Origin: Candidatus Auribacterota bacterium
Lineage (GTDB): Bacteria > Auribacterota > Ancaeobacteria > Ancaeobacterales > Ancaeobacteraceae
Assembly (NCBI GenBank): GCA_022711655.1
Contig: JAKLEM010000002.1
Span: forward strand, 1,098-65,097
Direction: 5' to 3'
DNA length: 64,000 nt
Position numbers and translations under genes: made by a program. Every line of letters begins with the position of its first letter. The stretch's first letter is position 1. The notes beneath the pieces were generated by a model, which was given only the letters and a program-made list of their open reading frames with translations, was not told the DNA's origin and ran no database searches. Below, piece by piece: positions 34,096 to 43,369 of this stretch.

Positions 34096-36003
34096 ATGAT
34101 CGCTGACGCAAAGAAAACTTCCGCACATCCCGACACCAATCGTAGAGGCTCTCTCATTCTTTGCCTGATCCTGGTCGCGCTGGCGGCGATATGCGTATAC
34201 GCCAACACCGTCGGCAGCGATTTTGTCTGGGATGATAACGGCCTCGTCGTCGACAACCCCCTGATCAGGAGCTGGTCTTCCATTCCCCGGTTCTTTTGCC
34301 AAGGGATCAACAGCCGGCCGGACGAAGGATCGTATTTTCATCGCCCGCTGCAGATGATCTCCTATACTCTTGATTATTCCCTGTGGGGTCTGCGCCCGGC
34401 GGGATACCATATCACCAGCATCCTGCTCCACGCCGCTGCGGCTGCCGCTGTAGCCTGGCTCGCCTATCTTATTACCGGAGCGCTCGCTCTCGCCGGCGCG
34501 GCCGGGCTGTTATTTGCCGTGCACCCGGTGCATACGGAAGCCGTCGCCTACATATCGGGAAGGGCCGATCTCCTGTCGGCGCTCTTCATGCTCCTCGGTT
34601 TTGTCTCGTATGTGCGCTGGATCCGCTCTCGCACCGCATCACCCTTGTTTCTCACGTTGTCATGCTTCGCTCTCGCCCTGCTATCGAAAGAAAGCGCGCT
34701 GATCCTTCCTCTCCTCCTCTTACTCTATAACGCCTCATTCAAGGAGAGATGCCGCTGGGGCGGCCTTTCGGCGATCGCCGGGATCGCCCTGGCATACATT
34801 ATTGTAAGGGCAGCTCTTCTGCCCGAACTGATCCCGCCGATGGAAAAGGCGGCCGGGGCGCCGGGAATCGTTGAGAGAGCGCCCGGTTTCTTCGCCGCCG
34901 TTGCGACCTATCTCAAGCTGCTTGTCGTCCCCGCCGGCCTTCACATGGAACACGGCAAGAAGGTTTTCAACTCGTTCCACCCGCTCGTACTGTGCGGCCT
35001 CTCCGCGACCGTCGCATCGCTTGCCGGCGCATGGGCGGCCAGAAAACGCGCCCCGCTTGTTTCCTTCGCTATCGCCTGGTTCTTCATCGGGCTGCTGCCC
35101 GTCTCCAACCTGTTCCGCCTGAACGCCTATCTCGCAGAACACTGGCTCTATGTTCCATCGATAGGTTTCTTTCTCGTCATCGCCGCCTTCTTCAACGGGA
35201 CCTTCGAGAAAGCCGCGCACAAAAAAGCCGTCGTCGCCGCGTTCTGCTGCCTGCTTGTCTGTTTTTCCTGCCTGACGGTCCTGCAGAACAGATACTGGAA
35301 AGATCCGATCGCCTTGTTCACGAGGACATTGCTGTACTCGCCCGGCAACCACCATGTCTACAACAACCTCGGCATCGCGTACGGAAAGAAAGGGCTGGAG
35401 CAGGATGCCGAGGCGATGTTCCGCAAGGCGATCGAAGCCAACCCGCGATCTTTCCTGGGCTATTATAATCTAGCGAATGCCTACGCCGCCAAAAACCGGC
35501 ATGACGATGCGATCGCTCTGTTCGAGAGGGCCCTAGAGATCAACCCGAGGTATCTCAGGGCATACGTCAACCTCGGCAACAGCCTGATCGTACTCGGCCG
35601 GCACGATCGGGCGATCACCGCATACAGCCGCGCCATCGAGATCGATCCGGCGTACATTAATGCCTACAACAACCTGGGGAACGCCTGGAGCGCGATAGGC
35701 AATAACGAGAACGCCGTGAAAACCTACAAGCGAGGCTTAGATATTAATCCCCGCGATCCCGTTTTGTATTATAATATCGGCGAAAGCTACGCGGCGCTCG
35801 GCGACCGCGAAAATGCGGTCAGCTCGTATATGCAGTCCATCAGGCTTGCGCCTCGTTTCGCGGCCCCGTATTACCGGATGGCCGAACACATGTTCGAGGG
35901 GAAACGGTTTTCGGATGCCCGCGAATATCTCAGGAAAGCCGAGGGCCTGGGCTATGCGCCCGACCCTCGGTTCGCGGAAAAGTTAAAAAACGCAGGCGAA
36001 TAA
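34096..36003 (+). CDS. Polytopic membrane protein with C-terminal TPR repeats (TMTC/DUF1736-like GT-C glycosyltransferase candidate), paralog of 9865..11790
   Basis: SDFVWDDNGLVVDNPLIRSW motif after TM1, about 10 TM helices, then 6-7 TPR units (..YNNLGIAYGKKGLEQDAEAMFRKAIEANP..). Confidence 0.75.
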   Translation: MIADAKKTSAHPDTNRRGSLILCLILVALAAICVYANTVGSDFVWDDNGLVVDNPLIRSWSSIPRFFCQGINSRPDEGSYFHRPLQMISYTLDYSLWGLRPAGYHITSILLHAAAAAAVAWLAYLITGALALAGAAGLLFAVHPVHTEAVAYISGRADLLSALFMLLGFVSYVRWIRSRTASPLFLTLSCFALALLSKESALILPLLLLLYNASFKERCRWGGLSAIAGIALAYIIVRAALLPELIPPMEKAAGAPGIVERAPGFFAAVATYLKLLVVPAGLHMEHGKKVFNSFHPLVLCGLSATVASLAGAWAARKRAPLVSFAIAWFFIGLLPVSNLFRLNAYLAEHWLYVPSIGFFLVIAAFFNGTFEKAAHKKAVVAAFCCLLVCFSCLTVLQNRYWKDPIALFTRTLLYSPGNHHVYNNLGIAYGKKGLEQDAEAMFRKAIEANPRSFLGYYNLANAYAAKNRHDDAIALFERALEINPRYLRAYVNLGNSLIVLGRHDRAITAYSRAIEIDPAYINAYNNLGNAWSAIGNNENAVKTYKRGLDINPRDPVLYYNIGESYAALGDRENAVSSYMQSIRLAPRFAAPYYRMAEHMFEGKRFSDAREYLRKAEGLGYAPDPRFAEKLKNAGE

Positions 36004-36015
36004 CGGCATATCGGC

Positions 36016-37239
36016 ATGGACCAGACGAAAAAAGCTCTCTGTGCGGGAAGATCCGTCCCCGCTTTCGCGATCTTCGCATTGATCGCCCTATGCGCGTGCG
36101 CGTACAGGGTGCTGACGCTCGGCCCCGTCGCCCTGAACGGTTTTGACGAGCACGCCTACCTGTTCTTCATAAAAACGTTCGCGGCGAAAGGCTTCGCCGG
36201 GCTGCGCGAGCTGATCGCGCAATTTCCCGTAAACGAGAACTTAAGCAAGGGGCCGCTCCCGTTCCGCATAGGTTTTATCGTCGCCGGGTGGCTGAGCTGC
36301 CTGCTGCTCGGTTCTTATTCCGTAGAGAGCCTGGCGGCCCTCTCGTTCATTGCCGGCATTCTCACGATCGCAGTCGCCTATCTTCTCCTGAAAGAATGGT
36401 TCTCCCGGGGAACCGCGTTCACAGCAGCCCTGCTGCTTATCGTCTCCCCGCTTATGACCGGCCTGTCGAGACGGGCGCTGCAGGATCCATTCTTTGCGCT
36501 TATCGTCGTCACCGCGATGTGGCTGTATCACCTGTCGTGGACCCGCCCCCGTTTCTCCACTCTGCTGTTCCTGGCGGCCGCGCTGCTTGCCGGTTTCCTT
36601 ACCAAGGAATCGATGCTGTTCCTGTATCCCGCCTTCGCGGCCGCCGCGTTGTATTACCGGCAGACAGTGCCCGTCAACCCCGGGTTCAGGATAGCGATCC
36701 CCTTTCTCATCGCCCCCGCGCTGTATGCCTGCTTTTGCTCGTGGCTGGCGGGAGGTTTTCACAATGTTTTCAGCGCATACGCGGCGTACGCCGCTATGCA
36801 GGACACGATCGCGTACGCACTGAAGTTCCAGAAAGGCCCGTGGTTCCGCTATATGGTCGATTTCATGCTCGTCTCTCCGGCAACCTGTCTGCTGTCTGTT
36901 GCCGGCATGATCTGCGCGGCCCGCGATACCGATACGAGGGGACGGTCGTTTTCCGCGATTTATCTCCTCGGGGGCCTTGCGGTATTCAGCATACTCCCGC
37001 TGCTTAATCTGCGGATGGTATTATTCCTCGATCTGCCGCTGAGGGCGCTGGCGGCCTTGGGCATACTGGCCCTCGCTCGCACGCTTACCCCCGGACGGGC
37101 CTTTTCCGCCGGCGTTATCGCGCTGACGGCAATTATCCTGGCATTAGACGTCAGCCAGTTCTTCAGGTTGTTCGTCATGGCGCACGTCTACGACCCCGTG
37201 ACCAGCGCGCTGATCGCCGCAAACGGTTTTGTCAGATGA
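36016..37239 (+). CDS. Polytopic membrane protein, GT-C (ArnT/PMT-like) glycosyltransferase candidate
   Basis: At least 10 hydrophobic helices. Acidic loop motif NGFDEHAY after TM1. The family call is tentative. Confidence 0.5.
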   Translation: MDQTKKALCAGRSVPAFAIFALIALCACAYRVLTLGPVALNGFDEHAYLFFIKTFAAKGFAGLRELIAQFPVNENLSKGPLPFRIGFIVAGWLSCLLLGSYSVESLAALSFIAGILTIAVAYLLLKEWFSRGTAFTAALLLIVSPLMTGLSRRALQDPFFALIVVTAMWLYHLSWTRPRFSTLLFLAAALLAGFLTKESMLFLYPAFAAAALYYRQTVPVNPGFRIAIPFLIAPALYACFCSWLAGGFHNVFSAYAAYAAMQDTIAYALKFQKGPWFRYMVDFMLVSPATCLLSVAGMICAARDTDTRGRSFSAIYLLGGLAVFSILPLLNLRMVLFLDLPLRALAALGILALARTLTPGRAFSAGVIALTAIILALDVSQFFRLFVMAHVYDPVTSALIAANGFVR

Positions 37240-38747
37240 GCTTCGCAAGAAAGATCGCTTCTTTCAACGCCGCCTTCATCGCGTGCATCGCCCTCGCCCT
37301 GATCCCGATCTGGTCATGCGCCAATCTTCCTTTCGTCGATTATCCGCAGCACCTGGGGATCGTCCACATCCTGAACAGATACCACGACCCGGCGGCGCTC
37401 TACTCCCGGTTCTTCGAGCTGAAATTCTTCCCGCGGACCAACATCCTCCATGCGCTCCTCATCCATTGGTTCTCATACGCCGTTCCGCTCGAAACAGCCG
37501 GAAAGATCTTCCTGTCGCTGTATGCGATTCTTCTTCCCGTCTCGATCCTTATGCTCATACGGGCCTTGAACGGGAACCGCTGGATGAGCCTTCTGTCGTT
37601 TCTCCTCGTCTACAACTACAATATGATGTGGGGATTCATCGGCTATTGCTTCGGGACGGCGCTTTTCTTCGCGACCTTTGCTCTGATGCTCAGGCACCTT
37701 TCCGGGGAGGGAAGAAAATGGATACCCCCGGCGATCGCCGCTCTCTGTATCCTCGTCTTTCTTGCCCATCCGCAGGCGTATGGTTTTCTGCTCGTAACGC
37801 TTATCGTTTCCGCCGCGATATGCGGCGGCGGCCTCCGGGATATGCTGAAGAAATGCGCCGTCATCATTCCTTCATTTGTCTTTCTCGTCCCGTGGGTCTG
37901 CTCGTTCATCGCCGAGCGGCGCGGAAGCCTCGGCGGCGATCTCGGCGCGGCGTTCGCGTCGCCCGCGAACAGCCTCCGGATCAAGGCGGCCGATCTTCTC
38001 GGCAACCTCACGGCGCGGCTCTTTTATTCAGACATCGTCCTTGCCGTGCTGCTGGTCGCGCTGATCTATCTGTTCGTCAGGGGGTTCGGCAGGGATCTTT
38101 TCGCGGACAAAAAGTTCCGCGCGGTCCTTGTCATGGCCGCGCTTTCGGTGACCGTCTATTTCGCCGCCCCGCTTGAATTCGGCGGCTATCATGTCGTCTA
38201 TCCCCGTTTCGCCCTTCTCGCGGTCCTGTTATTCGCCGGGCTGGCCAGCAGGGTCTCCATACCCGGAGAGCGGGCGCTGCGCGCCGCGCTCGCCATGGCG
38301 ATCCTCATCTGCTGCGTCGAGACGATGGCAGCTTTCGCGCGGTTCGACCGGATGGCGCAACCGGCCCGCGAGCTGATCGCGCAGGCCGAGCCGCATGGAA
38401 AAATGGTAGAGCTCTATTACAGGGGGACTTTCCCTCGGCCGGTCAGCTACCCCGCCTTCCTGCACTTCGCGTGTTATTATCAGACGCAGAAGGACGGCCT
38501 CGCCGGGTTCATATTCCCCCATTTCAACCGCTGGCACATCGTCAGGCTGAAGAAGAATTACGTCTCGAAACGGATAGACGAATGGCGGGCGTCAAGATCC
38601 ATCTTCCCCGGCGGATGGCAGGAATTCGACTACTTCCTGCTGTGCGGATCGCCTCCGAGAAGCGAGGCGCGGTATTTGGAGCAGTTGGAGTTTGTCGGAA
38701 GAAAAGGGATCTGGACGCTGCTGAAAAACAAGCACCCCGCATCCTGA
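37236..38747 (+). CDS. Polytopic membrane protein of unknown family
   Basis: ATGA overlap with the upstream gene. 8-10 TM helices followed by a ~130-aa soluble C-terminal part. Confidence 0.5.
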   Translation: MSFARKIASFNAAFIACIALALIPIWSCANLPFVDYPQHLGIVHILNRYHDPAALYSRFFELKFFPRTNILHALLIHWFSYAVPLETAGKIFLSLYAILLPVSILMLIRALNGNRWMSLLSFLLVYNYNMMWGFIGYCFGTALFFATFALMLRHLSGEGRKWIPPAIAALCILVFLAHPQAYGFLLVTLIVSAAICGGGLRDMLKKCAVIIPSFVFLVPWVCSFIAERRGSLGGDLGAAFASPANSLRIKAADLLGNLTARLFYSDIVLAVLLVALIYLFVRGFGRDLFADKKFRAVLVMAALSVTVYFAAPLEFGGYHVVYPRFALLAVLLFAGLASRVSIPGERALRAALAMAILICCVETMAAFARFDRMAQPARELIAQAEPHGKMVELYYRGTFPRPVSYPAFLHFACYYQTQKDGLAGFIFPHFNRWHIVRLKKNYVSKRIDEWRASRSIFPGGWQEFDYFLLCGSPPRSEARYLEQLEFVGRKGIWTLLKNKHPAS

Positions 38748-38761
38748 CGTCCGGCGTCAGG
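38743..38761. terminator. Hairpin between convergent genes (possible bidirectional terminator)
   Basis: CCTGACG-TCCGG-CGTCAGG, overlapping the stop codon of 37236..38747. No clear U tract. Confidence 0.3.
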
Positions 38762-38793
38762 ACACGGGGTTATCACGACCTCAAGATCGCACG

Positions 38794-39909
38794 TTAATCC
38801 CTTTTTCTCCGAATCAGCCCGGCGGCCGCAGCCAGCGGCAGCAACAGCAGCAACGTTGACGGCTCGGGAACCTCTCCGCCGCCCCCTTCTCCCTCCTGCC
38901 CGAAAGTGCTGCCGACCGTGCCCACGCCGTTGTTCGCAAGCCACGCGACCTGCCCGCCCCAGACGGAAGGGTTGGTCTCGTTCATGTCATCGGTAAATGT
39001 GATCTGCCGGACGTTGGTCCCGTCGTAATTCCCCATCCATATGTTGTAGTCGTCGTACTGCTGCCATGCGATCGTATCCCCGTTGATGTCGGGATATTCG
39101 TCGTCGAGACCGACAGCGCTGCCGGCGTAACGCTGAAGCCCGTTTGTGCTGTCCCATGTAAATATGTCATAATCGCTATTATACCCCAACTCGGGATCAT
39201 ATAGCTGGCCCGCCATGACGACTTTCCCGTCATAGACCTTCGGCGCATAATAAAAACTGCCATACGGATCGCCCTGGGCGATGCATAGAGCCGTGTCATA
39301 GCCCATAGTCGTATCCCAATAATAAATGCTGTAACTCAATTGATCATAGAAAGCGGCCTGCACGACCGTTCCGCCATCGCTCCAGATACTAGGCCCCGAA
39401 CTTAATTGCCACGAATAGTTCGTATCGACGACTTCGTGCACGGTGTTCCCGTCATAATATTTAAAACTGGGATCCCAATCGCTCCACGCTACGACACCAT
39501 TCGAAGCGCTGACTCCCCGGATCTGATTCCAAGATCCGGATCCGGGCACCTGCTGAGTCTGCTCTGTCGAGCTGTCCCAGTAATACACGCTGTTGGTCCC
39601 GGAATCAGCATCGGGGGACACATAATAGACCTTGCCCCCGTAATTAGCTGTCTGACTAGCCCCCTGGAGTGCATTTGTCGCTATCGGGGTGGTGGTTATC
39701 TGTCGGCTGCCCGGGTCATAGACCGAATACTGTATGCTGGAGTACCAGACATATGTCTGCTCGTCTTGCCACGTGATGTTATCATTATAACTGAAGGTGT
39801 TCTCATACACAGAAACGCCTGTCGGGTCTGGGTTCTTATACGCATACACCCCTGACTCTCCGGCCAACAGGACTATCACACATATCACGCCGATAACCGT
39901 TGTCTTCAT
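38794..39909 (-). CDS. Secreted PEP-CTERM protein (371 aa), beta-propeller-like
   Basis: Signal peptide MKTTVIGVICVIVLLAGESGVYA. The C-terminus GGGGEVPEPSTLLLLLPLAAAAGLIRRKRD is nearly identical at nucleotide level to the giant protein's tail. The preceding ..DDYNIWMGNYDGT..NPSVWGGQVAWLANN module is shared with the giant protein's C-terminal region. Confidence 0.85.
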   Translation of the reverse strand: MKTTVIGVICVIVLLAGESGVYAYKNPDPTGVSVYENTFSYNDNITWQDEQTYVWYSSIQYSVYDPGSRQITTTPIATNALQGASQTANYGGKVYYVSPDADSGTNSVYYWDSSTEQTQQVPGSGSWNQIRGVSASNGVVAWSDWDPSFKYYDGNTVHEVVDTNYSWQLSSGPSIWSDGGTVVQAAFYDQLSYSIYYWDTTMGYDTALCIAQGDPYGSFYYAPKVYDGKVVMAGQLYDPELGYNSDYDIFTWDSTNGLQRYAGSAVGLDDEYPDINGDTIAWQQYDDYNIWMGNYDGTNVRQITFTDDMNETNPSVWGGQVAWLANNGVGTVGSTFGQEGEGGGGEVPEPSTLLLLLPLAAAAGLIRRKRD

Positions 39910-39970
39910 GCTGTCCCCCCTTTGTTGAATTTCGTTTCATTCTTTCGCTATTATGACTGCTTAATCGCAA

Positions 39971-40230
39971 TAAAAAACCCAACTTCTTTTCGGCTGTCTC
40001 GATCCGAAATGAGGTTGGGACGTGATAGTCAGTTTCAATCGCCACGCGAGCGGCACACACCCTCGCTCGCACGATGATATTTACGTGGATCGCTCCACGG
40101 CAACTGGCTGCCTTTCCGCGAAACTCGCTGCCGGATAAGGCCCTCTAGCTTTGCAGGCCGGCGTATCATGGATCCGCTGACCTGTTCCCCTCGGGAACGT
40201 CCCACCCTTTCGGATGGTTTGCCCTTCTTT
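39971..40230 (-). promoter_or_regulatory. c-di-GMP-I (GEMM-I)-like riboswitch leader, copy 3, with a 44-nt insertion at 40155..40198
   Basis: RNA AGAAGGGCAAACCAUCCGAAAGGGUGGGAC-[44 nt]-GCAAAGCUAGAGGGCCUUAUCCGG...GGAAAGGCAGCCAGUUGCCGUGGAGCG, followed by a terminator. Confidence 0.65.
39972..40019 (-). terminator. Intrinsic terminator (expression platform of riboswitch copy 3)
   Basis: RNA CCCAACCUCAUUUCGGAUCGAGACAGCCGAAAAGAAGUUGGG followed by UUUUUU. Confidence 0.65.
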
Positions 40231-40293
40231 AACTTTTCCTACGCTCCTCCTTTATAAAAGTACACATTTCCTTTCTTTCCAACTAACAGTTTG

Positions 40294-40322
40294 ATTATAG
40301 CCTGCCTGACGATTTTTGTCAA
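40294..40322 (-). promoter_or_regulatory. sigma70-type promoter for leader copy 3
   Basis: Minus strand TTGACA (40322..40317), 17-nt spacer, TATAAT (40299..40294). Confidence 0.65.
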
Positions 40323-40396
40323 TAGTAAAGTTGTCATCGAAGCATCTGCATGCTATGGTATTGTTATCATCAATCGTAACAGGGCGGATCTGACAC

Positions 40397-41041
40397 ATGG
40401 ATATCGTCGAAGCGATCACTCAGAGAAGAAGCATTCGCGTCTTCACCGAAGCCGCCCTCGATGCGGAGACGGTACAAGAGCTCGTCCGCGCCGCACAGCA
40501 CGCCCCCTCGGCGTGCGGGATGCGCGGAGCGAGGTTTATTTTTATCGACGAAAGGGAGAAGCTCGCGCGCATCCGCGCGAATGGCGGAGCCTCTTTTCTC
40601 GATGACGCTCCGTGCGCCGTGCTTGTCATGTATAACAACCGCACCGACAACACGGAATACCGCGACGATGTCCAATCGGCCGCAGCGGCGATCGAGAACC
40701 TTATCCTGAGAGCGCATTCTCTCGGTATCGGCGCCTGCTGGGTATGCCATCTCCCTTCCAAGAGAGCATTACGGAAGATGTTTCGCATCCCCTCCTATTA
40801 TGATCCGATCGCACTCGTCGCGCTCGGCAGGTATGACCGCCTGCCGCCGGCAAAGTCTCCCCTTCCCGTTGAAACCGTCCTATGCCGGAACGTTTTCTCT
40901 CTCGCCGAACCGCGCCTGCCGCTGATGCCGATCGGGCTCTATGCGCGAAGGATCGCCCGGCGGTTGTACTATTTCTTCCCGCTTAGGAGAATGCTCGAAC
41001 CGATCGCAAAAAAATATGAAAAGAGATTCGACGATCGATAA
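40397..41041 (+). CDS. Nitroreductase family protein
   Basis: MDIVEAITQRRSIRVFTEAALDAETVQELVRAAQHAPSA.. is a typical nitroreductase N-terminus. Confidence 0.8.
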   Translation: MDIVEAITQRRSIRVFTEAALDAETVQELVRAAQHAPSACGMRGARFIFIDEREKLARIRANGGASFLDDAPCAVLVMYNNRTDNTEYRDDVQSAAAAIENLILRAHSLGIGACWVCHLPSKRALRKMFRIPSYYDPIALVALGRYDRLPPAKSPLPVETVLCRNVFSLAEPRLPLMPIGLYARRIARRLYYFFPLRRMLEPIAKKYEKRFDDR

Positions 41042-42662
41042 GAAGGTCTATCTTGATGCGGTGTTGTCGCAGACCCCGCGCCTCCTCGGGCTGATCAACG
41101 GCAACCCCGCTTCAAAAAGCTACGGGTGCTGCGACCGCCAGTACTGGCACAGCAACTGCGTCGCCTTCCCGAACGCCCGCCACCAGGAAGCGGTGCTGAC
41201 CCTCGCCCTGCTCTACCTCAACTTCGATACGCCATACCGCTCGAGCCCGCTGTTGCAACGGCTGATAAACGCCGGCGTTTCCTTCTGGTGCTCGATACAG
41301 GAGCGAAACGGTTCGTTCAACGAGTGGTACCCGCATGAGGGGAGCTATGTCGCCACGGCCTTCTCGGCCTACGCGATCTCCGAGACGCTGCTGCTGATGG
41401 GGGCGGACCGGATCGCCGACTACGATCGGGCGGTCGCGGCGCTGTCGCGTGCGGCCGGCTGGATCAAAGACAGGACGGAACAGCGGGTGTGCAACCAGCA
41501 GACGGGCGCGCTGCTCGCGACCTACAACACCTATCTCCTGACAGGCGACGACCGTCTGATGGCGGCGGTAAACGGCTATGAAGACGCCCTCGCTCGGGCG
41601 CAGAAACGGGAGGAATGGTTCCTCGAGTACTCCGGCGCGGATATCGGCTATCTCTCGCTCAGCATAGATTACCTGGCCAAGTACTTCAAAAAGACCGGAT
41701 CCCGGAAAACAGAAGAGATCGTCGCTCATGCGATCAACTTTATCGTCAATTTCATCCACGCCGACGGCAGCTCCGGAGGGGTCTACGGCAGCCGGCACAC
41801 CGAGTATTTGATCCCTGACGGATTCGAGATCTTCGCCCCGATCAGCGAGCAGGCCCGCTTCGCCGCATGGAACATCAGGGCAGGTCTGGAGAGAGGCAGA
41901 GGGATCTCGCTCCACCAGCTCGACGACAGATACCTGACCTACATATCGTATACATTCCTGCAGGCGGCGCTCGACGGGATGGACGAGATCGATGAAACGC
42001 CGATCGCGCGCGCAGACTACCGTTACTATCCGGAAGCGGGGCTCTTCGTCCGCCGGTTCGGAGATCTCGAGCTGATAGCAAACGTACATATGACCGGCGC
42101 GCTTGTCTGCATCGCTCGCGGGAAACGGCTTGCCGACAGCGGCGTCGTCATTGACGGAGCCCGGCAGCTTTTCAGCGGATACGAAACAGGGGCGACAACC
42201 GTCAGCGTGGACGAAAACGGGTTCAGCGTCGAAGGTCCGTTCAGGGAAACACGCGAAAACATCCTCTCCCCGATCAAGCAGATCATTCTCTATCTGTTCC
42301 AGCTGACCGCGGGACGTGTCTCTTTCGCTAATCACCTCGTAAAGGAACGTCTCCGACGCAGGATGATCCTCTCTCATCGCCGCGCCCCGGCAACGCTCAA
42401 AAGGACCGTCGCCATCGATGGCGGAGGGATACTGATAACCGATGAGATCGCAGGGACAGGCCGGTTCAAACGGATGATAACGGGTACACAGATATCGTTC
42501 ATTTATGTCCCGTCATCCCGCTGGTTCCAGCGCGAAAATTTAACAGACGAACCGCCGGTGCTCGTCCAGCCGGTTGACGTTCCTCCCGGCGACGGGAATA
42601 TCCTGATCGAGCGGCATTTCCCCTCGGGGAAGATCACCATAACAAGAAGGCCTGCGCATTGA
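41016..42662 (+). CDS. Hypothetical protein, possibly alpha/alpha-toroid fold (polysaccharide-cluster type)
   Basis: Trimmed to MKRDSTIDKK.. (ATG 41016). ..YGCCDRQYWH.. and ..NGSFNEWYPHEGSYVATAF.. recall alpha/alpha-barrel proteins. The function is not established. Confidence 0.45.
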   Translation: MKRDSTIDKKVYLDAVLSQTPRLLGLINGNPASKSYGCCDRQYWHSNCVAFPNARHQEAVLTLALLYLNFDTPYRSSPLLQRLINAGVSFWCSIQERNGSFNEWYPHEGSYVATAFSAYAISETLLLMGADRIADYDRAVAALSRAAGWIKDRTEQRVCNQQTGALLATYNTYLLTGDDRLMAAVNGYEDALARAQKREEWFLEYSGADIGYLSLSIDYLAKYFKKTGSRKTEEIVAHAINFIVNFIHADGSSGGVYGSRHTEYLIPDGFEIFAPISEQARFAAWNIRAGLERGRGISLHQLDDRYLTYISYTFLQAALDGMDEIDETPIARADYRYYPEAGLFVRRFGDLELIANVHMTGALVCIARGKRLADSGVVIDGARQLFSGYETGATTVSVDENGFSVEGPFRETRENILSPIKQIILYLFQLTAGRVSFANHLVKERLRRRMILSHRRAPATLKRTVAIDGGGILITDEIAGTGRFKRMITGTQISFIYVPSSRWFQRENLTDEPPVLVQPVDVPPGDGNILIERHFPSGKITITRRPAH

Positions 42663-43342
42663 ATATAAGCGTTGTGATCCCCGCTCTTAACGAAGCCGAT
42701 ACGCTCGAAGCGCTCTGCGCGCGGACAGTCGAGATCCTCTCAAAGATCGCGCCGCTGCACGAGGTCATCGTCATCGACGACGGCAGTACGGACGGCACAA
42801 CGGCCGTTCTCGAGAAACTCCGAAAGAGATACGGCACCGTCCGCGCGATCGGATTCCCGTCGAATAGGGGGAAGACAGCCGCATTGGTCGCCGGTTTCCA
42901 GGAAGCCCGCGGCGACGTCATTATCACCATGGACGGCGATCTGCAGAACGACCCCGACGATATCCCTCTCTTTATCGCCGCCCTGCAAAAGGGACAAGAC
43001 CTGGTCTGCGGGTGGCGATGGAAAAGACAGGATCCGCTGATGAAGGTGCTGGTATCTTATGTCTTTAATTGCTTTTTACGCCTGACCTGCAAGACAGCCA
43101 TCCACGATATCAACTGCGGGTTCAAGGCGTTCAACAAGCGCTCGATCGAAGGGATCAGATTCCACAAGGACGAGCACCGTTTCATCCCTATCCTTGTCGA
43201 GAAACGGGGCGGCAGGGTCTCGGAGATCAGGATCAGGCACCACCCGAGAAGATTCGGCGCGTCGAAATACTCGACATTTCGATACAAGGCATTCTTCGAT
43301 ATTGTGCGGCTGGTCTTCAGGGGAACAACTTCCCACAACTGA
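42659..43342 (+). CDS. GT2 polyprenyl-phosphate sugar transferase (DPM1/GtrB/ArnC-like)
   Basis: TTG start overlapping the upstream stop. ISVVIPALNE, VIVIDDGSTDGT, NRGKTAAL, MDGDLQNDPDD. Confidence 0.8.
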   Translation: MNISVVIPALNEADTLEALCARTVEILSKIAPLHEVIVIDDGSTDGTTAVLEKLRKRYGTVRAIGFPSNRGKTAALVAGFQEARGDVIITMDGDLQNDPDDIPLFIAALQKGQDLVCGWRWKRQDPLMKVLVSYVFNCFLRLTCKTAIHDINCGFKAFNKRSIEGIRFHKDEHRFIPILVEKRGGRVSEIRIRHHPRRFGASKYSTFRYKAFFDIVRLVFRGTTSHN

Positions 43343-43369
43343 TCAACGACAAGCCGCAGCGCCTATCGT

